A stretch of 64,000 nucleotides of DNA from the human T2T-CHM13v2.0 reference genome, Homo sapiens, in assembly GCF_009914755.1 (NCBI RefSeq), contig NC_060934.1; one strand, given 5' to 3'. Positions 50,498 through 62,385 of the stretch are shown here, piece after piece. Numbering within the stretch: the stretch's first letter is position 1; each line of letters begins with the position of its first letter. The position numbers and the translations under genes were made by a program. The notes beneath the pieces are model-generated. The model was not told the DNA's origin. It searched no databases and saw only the letters and a list, made by a program, of their open reading frames with translations.

Positions 50498-50669
50498 GTG
50501 TCTTTGATTTTGTGAGAGGTAAATATTAACTTGTATTTCTGTTATTTTTTGTGAGAGGTAAATATTAACTTGTATTTCTGTCCAATAAAAAAGATGCCCT
50601 AAAAGGTTAAACAAATAATCGTAGTAAATTTTAAGAAATTATTCTAAAATATAAAGGCTATTTTTGATT

Positions 50670-51410
50670 TTAAAACCCTGAGAAAAACCAGGAAGAAATG
50701 AAAGATAATTTCCTAGGCCTCATAAAGGCCATGCAGCAAAATTCTACTACTAAAATTGTACTTAACAATGAGACAATTTTTCCCTTTAGTATCAGAAACA
50801 AGACAAGAATGTCTGCTCCTACCACTTTTATATAACATCTTCCTGGGGATTCTAGGCAGTGCAATAAGACAAGAAAATAGAAGGCATCAAAACTGGAAAG
50901 AAAGATATAAAATTGTCTTTATTTAGATATTACACAATTGCCAACGTGGAAACTTCTATGGAATCTATGAATTAACTATTGGAACTAGTAAGTGAGTTTA
51001 GAAAAGTTATAGCATTTAAGATCTATATTCTAATATCAATAATATTTCTATGCACTTGCAACAAATAAATAAAAATTTAAAATTTTAAAATACCATTTAA
51101 TATGGCACTAAAAATATTGAATGTTTAAGGATATATCTTCCATAAGATAAGTAAGACCTATACACTGAAAACTGCCAAATTCTTCCAGAGAAATTTAAAA
51201 AATAAGAGGAGACAATGACCATGTCTGTGGAACAAGAAACTCAATGTTGTCAGTTCTTCCCAAATTTGTCTGTGAATTCAGTGCAACTTCAAGCAACATC
51301 CTCATAGGTTTTGCTTCATTTTTTTTAGAAGTTGACAAAATTATTTTAAATTTCTAACAGAAATACAGGGGGCCTACAAAACTAACAATTTTGAAAAAAA
51401 AAAATTATAG
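50670..51410 (+). mobile_element. Old L1M ORF2 fragment
   Basis: atcagaaacaagacaagaatgtctgctcctaccactttta...agacctatacactgaaaact. Confidence 0.75.
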
Positions 51411-53823
51411 ACACCTGTCAATTTTAACTCTTGATATTTTTCTTCCTTGTCTCCCCTTTCTTCTAGCCCATCTGCTTATTCTTCTCTTCTTGCAACTCAT
51501 GTGTGTCAGATGTCAGACATCCTTGAATATATCTTATATATTTTTGCATGCATTCAGTATCTTTATTATCTCATACTATCTCATAAATAATAAAATATTC
51601 CTTTCTATTTGAAATTTCCTAGAAGCAACATGCAGAGAAAGCTCAGAAAACTAAATTGTGAATACGGAATGAAATATAACCTCCTAATCCTTGTAAAAGT
51701 ACAAAGGACCAAAGGCATAAAATTTAACCCAGTGAAAAACATGGTGGAATTGTAAACATGAATAATCACATCTTTTGGAGCCATGAAACTAGCTACTAGG
51801 GAGGGTATAAGAAAAGATGATGTAATTATATTGTACAGAGTTTTAGATATAATTTTAAAAGAAAACATAACAATGTAACTATCAGAAATAGAGGAAGTAA
51901 CTAAGGGGAGCATAAGAGAGGGAAATTTTCATGTATCATAGCAAGAATCTATAGAAAATGCCATACATTCACAGATAAAGAAATAAATATAAAAGAATAT
52001 TATTAAGCATTATAGCGATAATCACAAGAACTGAAAACAGAAACAATTTAAAATTTTATATATTTTATGAGAGTCTTGGTTGTGAACAGAAGTATTAGAT
52101 ATCTTAAAATATGCATTTATGTATTATGCTTTTATTATTATGTTAACAGTTTAAATATTAAGAGTTGAATTTAAAAATGTATATTTATTTTGTAATGAAG
52201 CAAACTGTATTATAAGTACTTGAATAAAATAAAATATTATACGTATAATATTTAAATAAAATATATAGCTTTCAAGAACATAAAATAAACTATTTTAATA
52301 GGGAATAACTATAATTCAATAAAACTATACTGCTTTACAGATAAATGATATAGAATAATCAGAAATACAGACAAATATGTATATAATAATGTTGCTACAA
52401 TTTTTATAAAAAAATAGAAAAATAAATGTTCAACAATGAGGAAATTCTTTAAAATATTATGAAATACCAGCAGATCTTTACAACTATGTTCTTTAAAAAT
52501 TCCAAATTACATGAGAAAAAAATGGCTATATGGTAGCAGATTAAAAAATCACTATCAAAGTTTGTGTACACAAATAACACCAAATGACAAAGAAGAAATA
52601 CTTAAGATTTAATACAATCTTGTAAGCAGTTACCCTTGGTTAATAGAACATTTGATATACATTTACCATTACAGCTTTCTATGATTTAAATTTTTTGTAT
52701 GATAATTAAGTAATACTTTTGTAACAAGACAAAATAATAATTATATAAATAAACATTTTTAAAAATACAATAACTAATGCCTAGAGCTCAGAATGATGCC
52801 ACAAATCAGTTGGAATTTTTCAACTCACTAAGATGTTACTGACTTTCTGCCAACTGCTTAACTCAATTTTATATTGCTGCGTGGTTTATGTCAATGCTTT
52901 ATTCACAAGACGCTGGTTAATTTTCTCTGTGAACTCTGTGTCCTTGATGTCTCTAAAGTTTTAAATTGCAAAAGAGCTTGTGAATTAGACAAGAGCTAGT
53001 TCTCTGATCTCCTGACACTATGATGCAGATTTGAATTAGATTCAGAAGAAGCTGTGAAGCATGGGTAATGATAGCTCTTTTTAATATTGAAATAAAAATT
53101 ATTTTTTCTCAGAAAATTGAGTGGAGAAGAGGCCAAGGAGATTTGATGGGCAGAAAGTAAAAATTTTATTTTTATGTGCATAAAGCTATTTCTTAGAGAA
53201 AACAATGAAAATGATACATTTATTCAGAAAATTTAAATAACATATATAATAAAAACATTCTATAGTTTGGATATTTCAAGTGGACCCTTATTTGGGGATA
53301 AATTTCTATTTTGTACTTTATTAACTCTGCAGTGAAGACTCAATCTATTTCTGTTTTACTTTGTTTTTCAGTTTACACCTTTGGTGTACTGATGTTTTTG
53401 AAAATATAATAAAAATAAATTACTAGAAAAATGATCACATATCTATATCATGGCGATGTTAATTTCAATAAATTTCTAAACGTTTACTCTCATCTTCTAA
53501 GTGTATCTCGTGAGCTAGTAACAGTTCGTAAATCATCGCAGTCCAAGACTGCCCTTCCTGTACCACTGCTCGCAATAATTCCAGATGTTCTCTCTTGCAC
53601 GTATGAATGCAAATTCCCCTATTCACTTATTTAACAAGTTTCAAAAAAATAAATTCAAAGAGTGCATGCATTTTAAATGTAATTCATTTGTACCTAATAC
53701 TAATTTCCAGTTTCAGAAGGTCCTACATAAATATACTCAGTTGGGTTGAAGCTATTACTAGATAGCTGTAGATTAAAAAAATAAATAATGCAAGTTCAAC
53801 TAAATACCTTCTTTGGAAATATG

Positions 53824-54190
53824 CAGATGCTTCTTGACTTACAGTGGGGTTATGTCTGGATAAACCATTGTAAATTGAAAATTTCTTTATGTTGAAAATG
53901 CATTTAATACACTTAACCTACTGAACATCATAGCTCAGTCTAGCCCACCTTCAACATGCTCAAGACACTAGCATCAGCCAACAGCTTGGAAAAATCATCT
54001 AACAGAAAGCCTATTTTATAATAAAGTCTTGAATATTTCATGTGACTATTAAATATTGTATTGGAAGTAAAAAACCAAAATGGTTGTATGGGTACTCCCA
54101 GTACAGATTCTACTGAATGAGTATCACTTTTGCATCATCATTAAGTCAAAAAAATCTTAAGTTGAATCATGAAAAGTTGGGGATCATCTG
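53824..54190 (+). mobile_element. MER47A (Tigger-family MITE), full length
   Basis: cagatgcttcttgacttac...aagttggggatcatctg TIRs; about 367 bp. Confidence 0.85.
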
Positions 54191-54400
54191 TAGTAGAAAA
54201 TTTGTGTTCTTTGTAGAGACTGCACAAGATAAAATTGAATGAGTAAATAGCTTTCTTTCATGATACATTTAGTCATGATTTGAGATAATAAAAACAAGTA
54301 ACTTTTTCCAGACTTACATATTTCCCATGCATACCTAAAACCTACATGCCAAGGTTTCTCTCTCTCTCTCCTTCTCTCTCTGTCTCTCTTCTTCTCTCTC

Positions 54401-54640
54401 CAATCATCCCTCCAAAGACTCAGAGAATTGATCCCAGGATCGCCCATACCCAGTGCCACCCCATACCAAAATCAGCACATACTCAATCAAGTCTCACAGT
54501 TGGCCCTGCAGAACCTGCATAAACAAAATGGCAGCCCTCCCTACATGTGGGTTTCAGATCCCATGAATACTGTGTTTTTGATGTGAATTTGGTTGAAAAA
54601 AGTTGCTTATAAGTGGACCCTGAAACTCAAGGGTTAACTG
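54401..54640 (+). mobile_element. MER8 (Tigger-family MITE), flanked by (CT)n and (TG/TA/CA)n tracts
   Basis: cagttggccctgcagaacc...gaatactgtg...tttggttgaaaaaa...taagtggaccc...tcaagggttaactg. Confidence 0.8.
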
Positions 54641-54799
54641 TGTGTGTATTTAGATATACATATATACAATTTTGTATGTGTACACATTTATGTATACATA
54701 CATCTGCCTATACACATGGTTATATGTATAATATATACACAGACACACAAACACAAACATGCTATATGCATTTTTTTCTGGAAGATGAATTACTATTAA

Positions 54800-55035
54800 T
54801 GAGAGTGCCACAGTATGTTGCATTTATAAACACAATCTTCGTAGTTGGGGTTGGGCTTGAGTTATGTCATTAACTAGCTGTGTGACAGTGAGCTAGTAAC
54901 TTGACCATGCAAAGCTTTAATGAAACAATTATAATTATCAGAAAGAAAGCGTGATTAATGAGACGTATTATGCAAATTCTCATTATAGTGTTTGGCCTTA
55001 GAAAATGCTCAATATATGATAGGCATTAGGATCAT
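54800..55035 (+). mobile_element. MIR
   Basis: actagctgtgtgac...taacttgacc...gattaatgaga...atagtgtttggc...atgctcaata. Confidence 0.6.
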
Positions 55036-55706
55036 TATTGGCACATTCACTGATTACTAGTTAATGAGCTTGCTGCAATTCAGAAGTAAACATAGCAGTC
55101 ATATGTACACCAAGTATACAGTTATGCATATGAATACAAGCAGAGTAAGTGATGTTTCAAGCTGTTATCAGTGATTTCAATTTGCCCATGAATTGAATCC
55201 AGACTGGTGGGACGAGGGTCAGGGAGAAGAAGCCTTGAGGTAAAATACAATCAGAGATGGTGTGAAAGGATGTAGAATGACCTCTTCTCAACCCAAATTT
55301 CTTACACACTTCACATTTTGCTACCTATCAGCCTTATAGTGATTTTGGCAGCATACATGAAACTTGAGTTTTATATGGTTTGAACCTCCAAATCACAGGG
55401 AAGCTAAGCACTTTAGCAGTTTCACCCAGTGTTATTTTTCTTATGATAAATTTTATTGCTTACTCCTATTTCTCACAACTCTGCCCAGCAGCAGGAAGAA
55501 AATGGCTACATGTGTGAGACAGAAGAAAGGATGCAATTCTAATAATAAAATCATCACAGTTATGAGTTTTGTTTGCTTGTTATGGTTTAAATAAAGACAA
55601 AAAATTATCTTCTAATGTTTGAGTTAGTTGTAATTTTCTGGGATCTGTATTTTCTTGCTTTTTAAGGAAAGTTACCTTCTAAGTTTAGATATTAAGATTC
55701 ATTTTT

Positions 55707-56066
<360 letters not shown>

Positions 56067-56458
56067 TCAAAAACTGTAGTTTCTATTACACTGTGTATTG
56101 TTTCAGATTCCTAGCCTGTAGTTCTATTCAATCATTTGAAAACGTCGTTCTGTTAACACCCACCATTAATTTTGGTTCCATTTTTATATTTTCAACATCA
56201 AATGATTTATCACAATTCAGGAAAGACAGTAATCTTTTATCTCAATTTTCCTTCTACTATGCACCTAATATGTTGCCTGATTTCTTTTCAGCTATAAATG
56301 AATGATAAGCAATCTGTCCTTAGCTGCCAGCATTCTTTCATTAAACTATCATTCCCTCATTCCGTTTCCTTAGATACTTGTATATATTTCAAATTTTGAT
56401 GTTTACTCCTTGATTTAGAGCCTCAAGATGAATCACTAGGGAGCCATTGTTTAAAATA

Positions 56459-56908
56459 TAGTCATACATCACCCAATGACATTTCTGTCAACAATAGACC
56501 ACATATATGATGATGGCCTCATAAGTTTATAATAGAGATGAAAAATTCATAGTATCTAATGATGTTGTAGCTGTCATAATGACATAACACAACATATTAC
56601 CTTTTATATGTTTAGGTATATTTAGAAACACAAACACTTATCACGGTGTTACAATTGCTTCCAGTATTGAGTTCGGTAATATGCTGTACAGATATATAGC
56701 CAAGGATCAATAAACTGTACCATATAGCCTAGGTGTATAGTAGCCTATAACATTTAGATTCATGTAAGTACATAGAGTATACTTACATGAGTACCACTCT
56801 ATGTACTTACATGAATCTAAATGTTATAGGCTACTGAACACACACAATACTGAAACTGCTTAATGATGCATTTCTCAGAACATATTACCATCAAGTGAAT
56901 TATGACTG
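56459..56908 (+). mobile_element. Tigger3 (MER7) derivative carrying an internal inverted duplication
   Basis: tagtcatacatcac...tatagcctaggtgtatagtag...gcatttctcagaac...atgactg. Confidence 0.85.
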
Positions 56909-56939
56909 TATGTATGAGATTATAATAAGCTAATATGAT

Positions 56940-57160
56940 GAAGTAGTACAGAATCAAACTTCTTGAGTTCTAACTTTAACTCCAACCATTAGGCTGTGGG
57001 ACCTTGAGCAAGGTAATTAACTCGGCTTTCTCTTCTGTAAGGTAAGGGTAATAATAGTACCTACCTTGTAAGGTTAAGGATTAAATGCTTTAATGCAAAT
57101 TAAAATTATCCTGTGTTTGTACATAGTTAAATAATTTAGAAATAACAACTATTATTAACA
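56940..57160 (+). mobile_element. MIR
   Basis: ggctgtgggaccttgagcaag...tctgtaag...taataatagtacctacct...aggattaaatg. Confidence 0.75.
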
Positions 57161-57841
57161 TCCTGTTTTTCACACATGGCTTCTAAGGATGGAATCTTTA
57201 CAATAAATTCAGGTCTCTACATCTTAATGGATCTTTTGGGAAAATATTAACTTCATATTGGCTTTTATATCTAATTCTAATCCATGATTACTCTGCATAG
57301 TGGAAATGGTGCTCAAAAGGTTCAATCTCTCTCCTATGGTCACAGATCAGATAGTCTTTAATTTATTCTTCTTCAGTTCGTTCTAGACTTAAGAATCAAA
57401 ACTAAGTGACACAATATGTAGTTGTGATGGCCTCTCTTTCGACAATGGTAAAATCTCTAAGAGTAAGAAAATAAGCATTATATTTATAAGTGTAGCCATG
57501 AGATTAAAAAAAATCAACATCATCAAAAGCATAAGGGAGGCTAAAATGGTTCCCCCATGCCTCTAATCCAGCCTCAAGATCTGATTTCTAAGTACAAGCA
57601 ACCCTTCAAATCTTACTTACTGTACTCAAAAATTCAGTAAAATTCTTCAACACTGCCCAATGAACATTGACAGTTCTATATGAAACCATGTCTCAATTTC
57701 TAGCACACATGGTACAACCCTGGATCCATCAACAGTGCTCTTTGCTGTTTCTCAGTGATTTTACTGCCTTTTCTTCTCTGATTTTAGTGAGAACTTACTG
57801 TCTCCAAAAGCTATCTGGGCAAGCTGCAAACCCTATGATTA

Positions 57842-60279
57842 CAATCATGTCTTATTTTATTGTTTTTCTCTCTACTGCACTGTGAAGATATTGTGTTTTA
57901 TACAAATTGAAGGTTTGTGGCAACCCTGTGTTAAGCAAATCTATTGGCATCATTTTTCCAAGAGCATGTGCTCAATTCATGTCCTATGTTACATTTTGGT
58001 AATTCTCACAGTATTTCAAACTTTGATTATTATTATTATTATTACTACTATATTTGTTATGATGATCTGTGATCAGTGATCTTTGATGTTACTTTTGTAA
58101 TTGTTTCGAGACATCACAAACCATACCCACATAACATGGCGAACTTAATAAATGTTGTGTGTGTTCTGACTGCTCCACCAACTGGCTGTTCCCTCATTTC
58201 TCTCCCTCTCTTCAGGCCTCTGTATTCTTTTGAACACTATAATATTGAAATTAGGCCAATTAATAACCCTACAAGGGTCTCTAAATGTTCAAATGAAAGG
58301 GATAGTCACACATTTCTTATTTTCAATCAAAAGCTACAAATAATTCAGCTTAGTAAGGAAGGCATGTCAAAAGCTGAGACAGGCTGAAAGCAAGCCTTCT
58401 TGTGCCAAACAATTAACCAAGTTGTGAATGCAAAGGAAAAGCTCATAAAGTAAATTAAAAGTGGTACTCCAGTGAATACGCAAGTGATACAAAAGAGAAA
58501 CAGCCTTATGGTTGACATGGAGAAAGTTCAGTGATCTAGATAGAAGATAAAATCATTCACAACATTACCTTAAGACAAAGCCTAATCCAGACAAAGATCT
58601 TAACTCTCTTCAATTCTGTGAAGGCTGAGAGAGATGAGGAAGCTGTAGAAGAAATTTTGAAGCTAGCAGAGGTTGGTTTATGAGGTTTAACAAAAGAAGT
58701 CATCTTCATAACATAAAAGTGCAAGGTGAAACAGGAAGTGCTGATGTAGAAGCTGCAGCAAGTTATCCAGAAGCTAGCTAAGATAATTGATGAAAGTGGC
58801 TGTAATAAACAACATATATAGTAAAATATCAAAAAAACAGCCTTCTTTTGGAAGAGATGCCATCTAGGACTTTCATCACTAGAGAGAAGTCAATGATTGG
58901 CTTCAAAGCTTCAAAGGACTGGCTGAAACTCTTGTTAGGGGCTAATGTAGCTGATGACTTAGAGTTAAAGCCAATGCTTATTTACCATTCTGAAAATCCT
59001 AGGGGCTTCTAAGTATGGGATTAGCATAATAATTAATATATTAAGAATTATGCTAAATTTACTTTGACTGTGATCTATAAATAGAACAAAAAACCCTGGA
59101 TAACAGCACAGATGTTTACAGCATGGTTTACTAAATATTCTAAGCCCACTGTTGAGACCTATTGCTCAGAAATAAAGATTTACTCCAAGTATTACTTCTC
59201 ACTGACAATGCACCTGATCACCCAAGAGCTCTGATGGAGATGTACAAGATTAATGTTGTTTTCATGCATGCTAATACTACATCCATTCTGCAGCCAATGG
59301 ATCAAGGAGTAATTGTACTTTCAAGTCTTATTATTTAAGAAATACATTTAATAAGGCTATAGCTGTCATAGATAGTGATTCCTCTATGGATCTGCACAAA
59401 TTACATTGAAAACCTTCTGGAAAGGATTCAGCATTCTATATGCCATCTAGAACATTTATAATTTGTGAGAGGAGGTCAAAATATCAACATAACATGAGTT
59501 AGGAAGAAGCTGATCCCAACCTTCATGGATAATTTCGAGGGGTTTATGACTTTAGTAAAGGAAGTTCTTGCAGATATGCTGTAAACAGAAGGAGAACTAG
59601 AATTAGAAGTGGGGTCTGAAAATGTGACTGAATTACAATCTCATGATAACACTTGAACAGATAAGAAGTTATTTCTTAGATATGAACAAATAAAGTGGTT
59701 TCTTGGGATGAAATCTACTCCTGGTAAAGGTGTTGTAAACATTGTTGAAATAACAACCAAAGATTTATACTATTCCATAAACTTAGTTAATAAAGCAGTG
59801 GCAAGGTTTAAGAGGATTGACTCTAATTTTGAAAGAAGTTCTACTGTGGGTAAAATGCTATAGAAAAAAACTTTCATGAAAAAAGGTGTCAATCAATGTA
59901 GTAAACTTCATTGTTGTCTTCCTTTCAGAAATTGCCACAGCCATTCCAACCTTCAGAAACCATCACCCTAATTAGTCAGCAACCATGAACATCAAGGCAA
60001 GACCTTCCACTAGCAAAAAAAAAAAAAATTATGACTCGCTGAAGGCACAGATAATCATTAGCTTTTTTAAAAGAGCAATAAAGTATTTCTAATTAAGATA
60101 TGTTCATTTCTTCTAGACATAATGCTATGACACCCTTACTTAACAGACTATAGTGTAGTGTAAACATGATTTTTGTATGCACTAGGAAACTAAAAAATTT
60201 GTGTGACTCACTTTTCTGTGATATTCCTTTTATTGCAGTGGTCCAGAAATCACCCCATAATATCTCCACATCATACTTG
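57842..60279 (+). mobile_element. Full-length Tigger1 (about 2.44 kb) with decayed transposase
   Basis: Tigger1 consensus motifs end to end (tacaaattgaaggtttgtggcaaccctg...; cagcttagtaaggaaggcatgtcaaaagctgaga...; ccaatggatcaaggagtaatt...); TA on both sides. Confidence 0.95.
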
Positions 60280-60699
60280 TATTAAGAAAGCTGTCTAAAT
60301 CATTCTTTTCACTATGTCTACGGCTTAATAGAGGTGTCAATGAATGTACAGACATCAAATTTGTCATAAGAAATTATAAGGTTAAGTCCGTGACGTGATT
60401 TTCATTTGATGAGTTGGAAGAGAATAAAGAAAGAGAAGTATTTTGTATGTATCTTCTGAAATAAACAAAAAATTCACCCTGGCAATTTACCAAAATCTAG
60501 AGAAAAGGAGAAAGGAAACAGTAATAATTTGATCAATTTTAAAGTTTTTGGTCTTATCATCTGACTTTCTACTTCATCCATAGTAGCCAACTTGAAGGGA
60601 CTCCGATTTGCCAAAATTGAGATCGTTTGAGCCCTCAAAAAAAAAAAAAAAACAAGGAGCATAATACATTATAAAATGTACAAAAAAAAAGAGTAGAAA

Positions 60700-61560
60700 A
60701 ACCTGAGTCTGTACCAATAGTAATAGATACAAAATAAACAAATAGTGTAGAAGCTGGGGCAGGCTACTCCTCACAGCAGAATAACCGATGCTGATTGGCA
60801 AATATGGAGAGAGTGCTAGAGTTAGATAATCATCACTTGGTAATCATCAAAGGAATTATTACTCCACATATGCATCATCAACAGATGCTAAATATTGGAG
60901 AGAAATTTTAGTAGTGAGCAGAACATGTATATAGTTCTAAATTATCTCTTGACAGATGGCTTATTAGTTGCAGGGGAAAAATTAGTAGCTATACTTTGTC
61001 AAGGGCAACACCTTGATCAGATGATCAAAGTTAATATCACCAATGAGGGGCAGATTGATGTTCTGTAACTTCTGATGTGATACCCTAAAAACTACGTATG
61101 GTCATTTATATGTAGCATCACATTCTAGCTAGGAATGTAAAATCTAATTATGAATGAATGAATGAATCTAATTATGAGAAAACATTAGAGAAACCCAAAA
61201 TGAGGAGTGCTTTATTTTAAAAGGTGACTGTATACTTCAAAAGTTTCAATGCAATAAAATGTAAGGAACAGCTAAGAACATGCTCTAGGTTAAAGAGACA
61301 TTATAACTAATGTAGTATGTAATCTAAGACTGGATTCTCACTGGAAGAAAACAATATACTAAGTAGGACACTATTAGGTAAAAAATTGAAATATGGGTAA
61401 CAGATTTGATAAAAGTACTGCATTAAAGATAATTTGTTCAGGTTGATAACTATCTTTTTACTCTCTTATGTAAGAGAGTAATCTTATTCTTAGGAGATTC
61501 CCTGTATCTGGAAGATATATTGACAAGTTATTCTTAAGTGGTTCAGATACGATATTATAC
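60700..61560 (+). mobile_element. Old L1 3'UTR (L1MC4-like)
   Basis: caacaccttgatcagatgatcaaagttaatatcaccaatgagggg...gactggattct...aggacactatt. Confidence 0.65.
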
Positions 61561-61584
61561 ATGAATTGATAGATTAGGTAGATA

Positions 61585-62264
61585 ATTTATTAATTTTCTA
61601 TTGCTACATAAATTACCACAAACTTTGTAAGTTAAAACAACAGCCATAGATTCTGACCACATTCTGTAGGTCAGAAATCCAGGCAGGCTGAACTGAGTCT
61701 TCTGCTTTTTCTTGCTATGCCAAAATCAAGAAGTCAATAAAGCTACCTCCCTTCCTGGAGGCTCTGAGAAATAATTTGCTTCCAACCTCATTTAGGCTGT
61801 TCGTGAAATTCAGTGTCTTATGGTTGTAGAACTGAGGCCATATTTCTTGCTGGCTGTCTACTAGGAAACATTCCCTCAGCTCTTTAAAGCCACTCACATT
61901 CCTTCATCCATGATCCATATTCAAACTCACAATGATACATGGGATCCTCACACTTTTAATCTCTCTGATCCTTGCTTCTACCACAGGTTTCTGACTTCTG
62001 ACTTTTAGGGGACTACCTTGCAGATGCAGGAAATAATAACAGTAATACACATTTACTGTCTGCATTGAGGAAAACTGGCCATAAACTATGCTATATCTAT
62101 GACCCACAAGGATAATAGCTGCATCTTAAAAGTCAACTGGCTTGGGACTTTAGCTACAACTGAAATCTCTTCACAGTATACCAGTATTAATGTTTAATTG
62201 AATGGACGAAAGTCAGGTATTTGGGGGCTAGGAGGAGGGCATCTTTATAATTCTGCCTACCCTA
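61585..62264 (-). mobile_element. MaLR LTR MLT1E-like, with an 88-bp foreign insert
   Basis: aattaccacaaact...ttctgtaggtcagaaatcc...tggaggctctgag...ggttgtagaactgagg...aattctgcctacc. Confidence 0.8.
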
Positions 62265-62287
62265 GAAAGAGATAGACAATAGATTAA

Positions 62288-62326
62288 ATGGATGGGTGGA
62301 TGGATGGATAGATAGATGATAGATAC

Positions 62327-62368
<42 letters not shown>

Positions 62369-62385
62369 GATAGATAGATAGATAC
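62288..62385. repeat. (GGAT)n(GATA)n compound microsatellite
   Basis: Directly visible. Confidence 0.97.

Noticed and set aside
58340-59720. Tigger1 transposase as a functional gene
   Set aside because: No long plus-strand ORF; many stops and frameshifts.
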